Source of the DNA: Balanoglossus misakiensis
Lineage: Eukaryota > Animalia > Hemichordata
Length of the DNA stretch: 64,000 nucleotides
Direction: 5' to 3'
NCBI GenBank assembly: GCA_040954595.2
Contig: CM082586.2
Coordinates: forward strand, 2,237,124 to 2,301,123
The notes beneath the pieces are model-generated. The model had not been told where the DNA came from. It worked only from the letters and a program-made list of their open reading frames with translations, and ran no database searches. The first letter of the stretch is position 1. Each line of letters starts with the position of its first letter. Both the position numbers and the translations under genes were made by a program. Of this stretch, positions 14,801 to 25,500 are shown piece after piece.

Positions 14801-16411
14801 TTAAGAGGGCATTGTTTCTCTGACATAAAAATGTCAGTCTCAAATCAGTCAAGATTTTTTTAAGTACCCGTCATCAAATGCCGCCATTTGTCTTAATACC
14901 CACTTCACCAGTTCATGATGCAGTTCCCAGAAAATTTTATGTCAGATCTAAACAATGATGAATTATAATCTCTTAAGGCTTATGATACATGACAGCCTAT
15001 TTGCTACCAGATAACCCATTAAAGGTTTTCAATCAAATGTAAAAGATCATATGGATTCGCAATACATCAAAATATAACAATTTTCAAAATCGCGTTCGTC
15101 TTGATGATATTCTATGATACATCCCGGAGTTAAATTGAAAATAAAAGCAATAAAAGTTGTCTGCTTAACGAAACATGGCTGTTCATAGTTTTAACATTTC
15201 CATAAAGATGTAAAGGCCATATTTCTGCCTTTTTTGTTTTTATGAGTGTGAAGTGATTCCAGGGTGTTTGTTTTAACGACGGAATAAATTACAATTAACC
15301 AGTCTGGTACGCTGTTTGTGTTTAAAGTGCAAAATCATAAACACTGAGCTCGGCTGAGCATGATTTTGAGAAGTATTAGGTTGGCAACAGAAAGTAGGTC
15401 ACTCATCTGGTAATGAAACACACTGTAACATGACAGACTTTTCGTATTTTGGTTTATTTCTAATCGTAAAAAACTATTGGTCATGGTAGAGTGAATAACT
15501 TCAGAACCAGCTGATTACATTGTCAGGGGTTGCAGATTGTTTGAGTTTAAGTAGGGTTTCTGGGTATGTGGCTTCTTCAGTGTGTTTGAAAGCTGAGTGT
15601 AATTTATGAGTCTTCTTTGCTGGCATTACAAATTGCTTGCATCTTGGAAGTACAAGTTCAAAGTTCTTTGGTTGAACTGCTGCTGCTGAAATGTGCGGTT
15701 CAATCATGGCAGTGTACGTGTGGGGATAAACATGTTTAAAACATTTTGTAGCTAAATTAACCAGTTGTCGAACAAACTTTTTTAATTTCAAGCGCAATTT
15801 GCTCTTGGTGCCAAGAAGGTAATGGAAGACTAACGCGTAATTAACTGGCAAATTGGCCAGAAATATGTGAGGAGGTACCATCAGTTTGCACTCTGGGATA
15901 GAGCATCGATTTATTCAGAGCTAGATCTCAGTGTAGCCTGGGATAATTTTCTCTGCCCATCGTAGGACAGAAAATTCATGCCTGATTTTGTTGTGTGTTC
16001 TTGGAATTTTGATGTGTTCTTTGAATATTGATGCGTTCATTGAATCCTGGCACATGGATCTGATTGCATTCTTGGGAGGAATTTTTGATAACAGAGTGCA
16101 ATTGTATGTGTTCTTGAAAAGCTGATGTGCCATGGCATTGGATGTTAAGTTAATTGCAAGCGGATGTCGGTGAATTCTTTGAGACAAATTTACGCGTAAT
16201 GCAGTTGGGACATGCATTATTTTTGCAAGCTGTTCAGAATTTGTTCACAGAATATTGTATGCGTAATGTTTACGCTTGGTGAAAACGAAAGAATTTTATC
16301 CTTGATAAAGAGGGCGTCTTTTGTTACACCACGTAATATCTACGGGTATTGCCTTCATTTATGAATGAATTGTAAATACTGAACATTTCTTCACTGTTTT
16401 CTTTCTTACAG

Positions 16412-16502
16412 ATTTTTGGTGATTTTCGGGTGCCTTGTTCTCAGTGTTTTTGCTACGATTAAAAATTATTATGATATCTGCAATTCGGTGCTCTTTTTTT
16501 TG
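16412..16502 (+). CDS. KCNQ: KCNQ exon (S1 end to S2 start), 91 nt
   Basis: ttacag|A TTT TTG...TTG|gtaagt; [30 protein letters not shown]. Confidence 0.95.
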
Positions 16503-19500
16503 GTAAGTGAAAACTCCAACGACTTTAACTTATGTTTGTGAGTTTGAGAAGTTCTGTAGAAAGTGGTGTTTTCTGTGTTTTGAAGACAGTTAAACAGACA
16601 ATGTTTACCATCTGTTTTGCCATGAAAGAAACCAAGAGCATAATGAAAAGGAAATGAATGATTTGTTTTATCTCTTTGCAGGAAGTGGCTATCGTCATTT
16701 GGTTTTCTATTGAATTTGTTCTACGGGTTTGGTCAGCAGGCTGTAGGAGTCGGTACCAAGGCCTTTCAGGAAGACTCAGATTCGTTAAAAGGCCTCTTTG
16801 TATTCTAGGTAAGTAGTAAACAGCTTAACAACTAACAATGGTTGAACAACAACAGTACCTTGTAGGTGGAATGGTTACAATCAATGTGCACCAAGGAGAA
16901 ACAGTTGGCTAGTCTGAAATTACGTGTAAAAAAACAGGCCATTTACTGATCATAATTAAAGTATAGAGATACAATCCAAATCTATCAAGTGGCAACTGCT
17001 TGGTTTTCATTCTTGTATGCTTGATGCGCATGTGTGTGTGTGTGTATAAATCTACAGTTTTATATTATAATGTCATTAAAAAATTAACTGTTGCTATTGA
17101 TGATTATTTTACAGATATCATAGTAATGGCTGTATCAGTTATTATCATCTCCATAGGAACCTCAGAACGAGCGTTTATAGCTTCGGCGCTTCGGGGGTTG
17201 AGGTTCCTGCAAATTTTGCGTTTAGTGAGAGTCGACAGAAGAGGGGGTACTTGGAAATTATTAGGCTCAGTTGTATGGGCCCATAGACAGGTAAGCCAGA
17301 ATTAATGATAACCATTGTGAATTTCTCAAGATGGCTGTTACACCAATCTTATAGCCATGTACATGGATTCCAGCCATGCAGTTGAAAAACAAAGTTGAAC
17401 CAGGAGATGATTAGAGGAAGAATTATGAGCTTGTCATTTCTAATGTATATTTGTCATGTCTCTATCGCTGTCTTTCCCCTCTCTCTCTATCTCACTCCCT
17501 CCTCATCTCCTCTCCTCCCTCTCTGTTTTGTTTCATTTCAGGAACTGATCACAACATGGTACATAGGCTTTCTCAGTCTCAGCGTACTGTCTTTCCTAGT
17601 CTACAATGCAGAAATGGACACAAACAAAGAAGATTTTAAAAATTTTGCCGATGCAATGTGGTGGGGTTTGGTAAGTTTTCAGCAGTATCAAATCTCAGAT
17701 CCAAAAACATGATTGGCACTAACATTTATGGAAGAGCAAACTCTTTTTTGGTTTATGGACGCCTAACAATGTTCTGTGAATTCACAGGTAACCCTGACGA
17801 CCGTAGGATACGGTGACAAAGTTCCAGAAACTTGGCTTGGAAAATTAGTAGCGGCAGTATTTTTCGTCGTCGGTATTTCTTTCTTTGCTCTACCAGCTGT
17901 AAGTATTTTCACCCGACGGAGAAAGGAAGCCACCTCTCCCTGTTGCTCCAGAAAAAAAATAAGAAAAATATAAACTTATTTCTTGACAAAAAGACGATTT
18001 CAATTGTGGAGCAACATGGGAAGTTGTTTAATATCTATATGTCCATGCATGTTGGTGCATCGTTCATCTCTTTGTCACATTTTCTCTATTTATTTTGTGC
18101 CTGTCTTTTTATTATTTTTTTGCATCACACGCCATCTCATTTCTCGCATTCCGCCCTAATTGTGTTATCAAATTCCTACTAACATTTCATCAATATCAAA
18201 GAGCTCAGTAGATATGTAAGACATGAAATTGTGACGCGTTTGCGGAGTTCAAATTCTTTCATAGTGTCATTTTAGTCACAAGTTTTGGTGCAAAATTTCC
18301 AAAATGGTGAAACTCTTTTCCCACTTGACTGAACAATGCATGGAAATTGTAGTATTGGTGACAATTTAGCGAATGATCAATTTTCAAAGTTTTTTTAAAC
18401 ATTTGAAAAGATGTAGAGAAGGATGAATAAGTCTTAAGACCCGAATCTATGTTATTCTCAGCACTGTAAAAAACACACAACTTCTACTTGCACCTTTTTT
18501 GTCATTGTGCTTTTTTATTCTAAAATCTGACTGACTTTTTGGCACCTCTTCTGGGTTAACCACTTTTTGTCTCTCTGAAGTTTTTTTGTGATACATGTTG
18601 ACTGTTTTCTTGCACTTTTTGGATGTTTTGACCACTTTTTTGAAGTCTCAGTGCAGTAATTTTTAACTTTGTTAACTGTACTGTTCTCTTCTGAATCTAA
18701 GGCCCCCACTTTCTCTGCATCATGGATCAATCTCGTTATTTTGTATGGGGTGTTGATTCCATGTTGCGGTGAAAATGGGGGTGGCAGGTTTTAAGGTTGA
18801 TAACTTTCTACTGGTATGAGCTCAGTCATCTGTTCATCTCCATATTAGGCAATTCTGGAGGGGGTACTTCATAAAAACGCATGATTCATTTGCATAGCCA
18901 TCAAAATCATCCAATCCCAGCTCAAGACCCTGGGCAAATCTGCCCAGGGTCCCCTACATCTGACTAACAATCACATCTCACTGGTGGTGGTGTTCCCCAG
19001 CTTGCATGTAGTCCCTGTTTCATTTTGCAAAAAAAGCAAAATACATTTACTAAACTGACTATAGTGACATTCTCTGTAGTTGCCTGCTTGCCAGTTTTAG
19101 AAAACTTTCTCTATTAATATAGTGTGCATCTCGAAAACCAATTAGTCTTACACTTTTTCTCATATTTTGCTAAAGGTTTACCTTCAGATAAATCTCTCTT
19201 AGAATCAATGAAATTTATTAGTCACAGTACAAAATTTTGAATGAGAGTGATAGCGATTGGTACAGGAAATGATTTATACTTTCGGCAAGCTTGATCAAAA
19301 TTCAGACATCATGAATCAATTTTGTATACTTAAAAAAATATGCCATTTTTATAGGCATTCAAGAAGTTTTCAATATATTTTCATATGATTTGTACAATAA
19401 AGTTTAAGAAAAAACCCATATCAGAACAGATTCCAGTTCAAGATAACTCACTTCAAAGTGGTTTGATATTAGATCTTTCACAATTTAGTTGAAGATTTTG

Positions 19501-22500
19501 TCATGAAAAAGTATTTACTCTGAAAACATAAAGCATGCGGAATAAAAGAGAATGTCATTTTTTGTCCATGCCACTGATTGGAATTAATTTTACTGTAGGG
19601 TATTCTAGGCTCAGGGTTTGCCCTTAAGGTACAACAACAACAGCGTCAAAAACATTTCTTACGAAGACGCCATCCAGCAGCTGAGCTCATACAGGTTAGT
19701 AAACTCCCTGTCGGCGGAGAAACCCCCACCGTATTCAGTCGCTTTTTGTACTTTCTAATCTAGGGTATTCTGGGCTCAGGTTTTGCCCTAAAAGTTCAGC
19801 AACAACAACGTCAAAAACATTTCTTACGAAGACGCCATCCCGCTGCCCAACTTATCCAGGTAGGTAATGTGAACCCAAGATTTAGGTTTCGAGAAAAATT
19901 CCCTCGTCTGCGAAATAAATCATTGTACATGTCAAACATGTCTATAGTGGCCAGTCAAGGAACTTTCCTAAATTGGCCTTTATAGACAGGTCAGTTAATG
20001 TTCATGTTAAATGCACAGGGACTGTAACAAAGTGGCCACTATATAGAGGTGGCCACTTACACAGGTTTGACTGTATGCAAATCCTACCAAGGCCTTGAGA
20101 CAAGGGAATTTTTCAGGCTACTGGTCTTGTGTTTTCGTGGAAATGGGTTAGGTAAGTGAGGTTCTCTGCAGATGCTAAAAAATCCAACTGTGATTAGATT
20201 TACAAATCTAGTATCTGTACAGTTTGCTTGTAATTTCTTTATTGTCTTTCCTTAATTGAAATTCATGAAGCATCTAATTGTAGCTTGTGTATAAACCATC
20301 CAGCATCTCAATGGTTTCTTAACAACATAAATACATGTAGGTATCAGATCAATGCTATTTTCAAGAAGTGTGCATTCACATTTTCGAATTTCTGTTCCTT
20401 TTTTATAGTGCGTATGGCGTTGCTATGCAGCAGATCCATGTTCGATGTCAGTAGCTACATGGAAACCCCATTTGAGACCAGTTAGTAGTCCCACCACGTA
20501 AGTACTCACACGACGCTGGTTCAGCCAGACCCCGACAGCACCCTTGTATTAATGAAAGTTTCATTATTTGTGTTCCTGGTTTATTTGTAGCGGTACATGA
20601 TAACGTTTTAAGCATATCAGTATACTCCCATGTATGTGTATTGACGGCCATTTAAGATAAGTCCAGACCCCTTGGTGACTCCATGGTGACCTATGACATC
20701 ATTCAGAAGTTTTCTTCTGAGTCTAATATGGGTTAAAGGTACTTGTATATGGTCTACATTAAGAGGCATGTCTTTCAAAGTGAGCTAATAATCATGTGGT
20801 CATGAAACACTAATAAGTTTTGCATCCTCAAAATATCTGGCCAAATTTCTAGTCTTTAGTGAAATCTGCAGCTATAATCATTCAGGTGTTTGTCTACTCT
20901 TAAGGGTGTACAGATGGTTAAGTTGTAAGGGGTGAAGTTTTTTTTATTGTGGATTTATGGACTCTCTTTTATAAGTGTTATTAAAAAGCTGTATTTAAAT
21001 TATAGAGTTATCATAATTTTGAAATATAATGCTGTGTCAGAATTTCGTTCGCTAATGGCAGAAGTAGTTCAGTATTGTCAGTTTAAACCTGTGAGACGTT
21101 CAGTGTTCTCATCTGCTGTCTGATTGGCTGATGACACTCTTGTGACATTCCATCAGCCAATGAATGTCAAGTTCTCATGTATGTGCAGCAAAGTATAGAG
21201 GAGAAATGAAATCAGTGAAAACTAAACAGATCGTTCCATCATACAGTGTGGCTCAGTAATTGTGATTTGTTCCAAACTTTAACTTTTGTTTGGAAATGAA
21301 AAGTCTTGCAGAAAGTGTGCTAAAATTTTCCACGTTTTTATTTCGGCCCAAATTTAGTGTTGATATCGAGCTCCTCTGTAACACTCTCTGTTTTCTTTTG
21401 TTTTAACATTCTGTATATTTCAGGTACCGAACATCAGTTCTTCTTCGGTAACTATAATAACATACACTGTAATCACTCTAACAATTCAACATTGTCTATA
21501 GTCCCACACACCGTGCAATCTGTGATGTCGTTCCCTTATAGACCTCTCTATCGCAGAGCGACATCCAATGACGTCTTCCGTTTTATTTTGTCTTGGATGT
21601 GGCTCTCATGATAGTGTCATGCGTGTACCTGCCTGCAATATCGTAGACATCAAAACGTAAACTTAGATGTAGATAGTCATTATCTCTCCTTTTTTGCACA
21701 GTGTGTTCTGCACGATGAAAAAGTTTAGCATTGTGTCGATATATGTCATTTTTTGTCTCAAGTTTGTGTATACTGTATTGGACAATGTGCATCTCACAGC
21801 CGATAGGGCCAAAACGAATTTTCGTTGTGTTTCTGAATTTTTCACTGACTTGAAAGCATGGCATTCGATCAGTTATGGAATCTGGGCTGTTGATTTTAAT
21901 TTTAAAAAACATGCATCCATACCCCTGGTAGACTGAAAGCGCTTTAAGGATGTACGATCAGTAAAATTGAAAGTATTCATTAATTCAAAATTTAAGAGAA
22001 AAATAAAGGAACACTATTAAAGTCAGCTTACAAATCTCCTGAGAATTGACGATTATTTACTTTGTACTGTTTCTGTTATTCAGGCCTGACGTTACAAGGT
22101 AAGCCTCAACAACAAACAAACACTGGCAAAATTCTTCATGTGTTCAAAAAAAAATAAGCAGGATACGAAAAAGACAAGAGAGAGAATTAAGTTCCTCGCA
22201 TGCAGATTGGCCTGTCCCGGCAGTACAGGTGCAAAGTGAAGCAATATGTAAATTGAAGCAGAATATGTAAATTGGAACTGAATCTGGAAATTGAAGCCAA
22301 CATAAAAAGCATGTACATTGTTCTTGTTGTAACTTTTGCCCATCAAAGTTTTATCCAAAAACTGACTGCGTTTATTTGTCTTTAAGATACCAATCACAAC
22401 GATCACCAGTCAAGACAGGCAACTCCTTTCCTCGGTGAGAAAAATAGAAATTTATAAACTCGAAAGTGTTCATGGTGTCTTTACACGACAGATATGAAAA

Positions 22501-25500
22501 CGAACAAACAAACATGAGGATTAGGAAGGGTTTGAGGAGCTCGACATGTAATTTAGAACTGTCAGACATCCCATAGCGTACAAACATCGCTGTCCTTATA
22601 GGACATGCACAGTGGTGATAAAAGTGAATTGCACATGCCATGGAAAAGTTCACATTGAATATGGGATGAAGTTATCAGCTGTGTTACCATAGCAACCACC
22701 ACTGACCTTTCGTCACAGTACTTTGAAGAATATTTCCCACACACACTTCCTTGTTGTCTGTGCATATGTCAGGCATATTTTCTGAAACTATTATATGCTT
22801 ATATATGTACCGAAGCAGTACTGGTTCCGAATTCAATAATTCCCAGATGCATTTCACCAATTCCCATGAAATACATAAATGCACCCTGTGATGATGTGAA
22901 TACGGACAGTTATTGGCATCATTTCTCAGTCATTTACACGTGGTAGATAGCAGAGAATTACATTTTGTCTTAATTGGTTGTATTAGTAGAGTGATTACAG
23001 TGTGAATGTACAAATTATTTGTCTCTAAGTTCTTCATATCAGACAACCAAATACCTATATATCATCATGATGAAAAAGCCTCACATTTGATCTCTGTTCT
23101 TTTTTTTTCATCCCCTATGATGTAAATAGTTCCATCTGAATATTACATGTTTGGTTGTGCATGTGTGCTTTCTTGCAGACAACGGACGAATCCTAGTCTC
23201 ATCTCACGTCTTTCAACAAAAAGAAAAATTGGAAGCCCCATGGTTAAGAGGCACAATTTACAACATGATCCGCTGAAGAAGTCGCACAGCCACGACTTGG
23301 AGGTGGACGGCATCAGCAAGAGTTCACTCAGTCTCCACGACGGTCACGGACCATTATCACGCAATCAGGACTCTTTGTATTCGAAAAATCGTGACGAGGG
23401 TGAGTTGTCATGGTTTTTGTGGATCGAGTGAGGCTGTTTGGTCGGGCATCGATTGTTGTGTCGTTTGTCGTACGACTGAAATTGAATGTGAAAGGTAGTA
23501 TTTCGAGTGAATGCAACATTGCTTGCCCAGATGTTGTGATGTTTGCTAAATGCTTTGTGTTCATTTGGGAGTTTTTTTGCTAATTGTTTGAATTTAATCA
23601 TCATTCCATGCCACACACCCCTCCCCTTCAATCCAACAGCATGTTCAGATCATGTGACCATCTACCAGGTCTTGTTTTTATTCAAGTAATAGGAAAGCAT
23701 TACATCCTGATTTTAATCAGTTCTCATGCATAAGCAGACATATCTAGCAAGTCCCACTTCCCACAATGCAACATCGGACAGGTAAATTTGAATGGAAATG
23801 AATAAATTAGTAACTTAATAGCAATTTTATAGTCAGCGTTGTTGGAATCATGTAGTGGGTCACTTGATGTTGCTATAGCAACAGAGTGTGTACAGAATCA
23901 GTGGATTAGATAATGAGAATACACAAGAGTTTGCGTAAGTATTTTATTAGCGTTGTGCTAAAGGTAAAAAGGTTCCGCCAAACACTGCGCTCTTCAGAGT
24001 AATCACAGTTTGAAAAGCTTCTTGAACTGTGCACTTAGAGTTTGCAAGTTACCTGGAAAACTTCAAGTCCCACTTGAAGTAACACAGACCAGTCTTTGCC
24101 AGTCAGAAATGAAATTGTTTGCACAAAATCGGTGATCAATATAATTACTACAAAAATGTGGCCCATAATTCTGAAGGTATATTGTCTTTCTCCTTTGACA
24201 CTTGGACATGTTTTTTATTAAAAAGGGTTGCAATCACTTCTACTATGCATCTACCCATAAATGGTTAAAAAAAAGACCAATAATATGTCAGTAGTATTGC
24301 ATTTCAATTTATAGTAAACTCAAATATGCTAGTATCACCTCCATGTAATTACCATTTCCGTCACCCATCACCAAAACATGTCATACACAATCCTCCATGC
24401 TTAGCTTCCCCTTTGTTCCACACCGAGCAAAATTTCAGCCAAAGATTTCTTTTTCTTCATTTATTTACGTTGTCAAGATGTTTCAAATGGAAGCGGAGGT
24501 AATTACTATTCCATCGGTGTGTTGTGGCCAGTGCACGTGCATGTGCACACACACACACATCACACAAGGAGGCACATTTTTTTCATTCTTTGCATGTTCA
24601 TTGTGCGGTGTTCATGCAGTCCTTCACTGATTTCTGTCTAACCCTGTATGCGTCTTTGGTGATCATTTTCATAATAGGATGGTGTCTGTGTTTGTTCGTT
24701 TCTCTGTCTGGATCCACAAATAAATCTGTGAAACTTAAACCCTTTCACCACCATGGTTTGGTCCAAATCCATTCTTTCAGTGCTTTAGTGGTACCTCTTT
24801 GGAGGGAACTGGGGGTGAAAGGGTTAATTTCTGTCTTTCTCTCGCAACACTTTTTCTTTTTTCCAGGTTCTTGCAAATTTATGGTGTTCACTCTGATTAT
24901 CTGTATTCCTCTATTGTTCAATTCTTTGAAGGGATTTGACACAAGTAACCTGATTGGCCAGAATGTGGCCCTCCCTATGACATGAGCCAATGGTGGCTGA
25001 TTTTCAAAGGCAACAATTTTTCTTGCCATTGATTGGATAAACTGGGCTGCATGAAGTAGACACTAGCCAATCAGGTTTCTTGACATAAACATAGATTTCT
25101 TTTCAACCGGACATTTCTCATATATGGGTGCTTCATGACAATCATCTTTTCACCGTATCTCTTATTCAAGTCTGTGGCGAAATAAATTTGATATTTTGTC
25201 ACTTTCACTAAGATTTTCTGCTCAGAAGTGGTAAAGAAATGAACTTAAATATGTTGCGTGCAGGATGAAAGTAAAGTGACGTACATAATTTCCATTTGTA
25301 GCTCTGTTAGTCAGTTTTCAACAAAGTCTCTTGACATGTAAACGTAAAACGCTTGCACTAATCGAAGAATGGTTATACTAGCTGGTCATATGCGGTCAAT
25401 GCAAGGTCCAGATCCAAGGTGTATTAAAATAATCAAATGCATGCTAACATGGCAAAAATGGTGACATTATACTGTCTTAAATATAAAATCAAAATAATCC

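Noticed and set aside
1-16411. Many 60-126 aa ORFs, and a possible KCNQ first exon
   Set aside because: No recognisable domains and no KCNQ N-terminal 'LERP...YH' motif were seen. Treated as first-intron sequence.
18480-18690. T-run-rich quasi-periodic tract with Lys-rich minus-strand ORFs
   Set aside because: Low-complexity degenerate repeat with no stable unit or coding evidence.
21542-21611. Possible alternative terminal exon ([22 protein letters not shown])
   Set aside because: An in-frame acceptor exists, but there is no convincing donor or nearby poly(A) evidence, so it cannot be supported.
24867-24944. Candidate 78-nt hydrophobic cassette exon ([26 protein letters not shown])
   Set aside because: The acceptor is good and the frame is compatible, but the weak donor (CAA|gtaacc) lies in the end of a palindromic repeat and the segment sits between two repeats. 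A TM-like peptide in a cytosolic linker is implausible.
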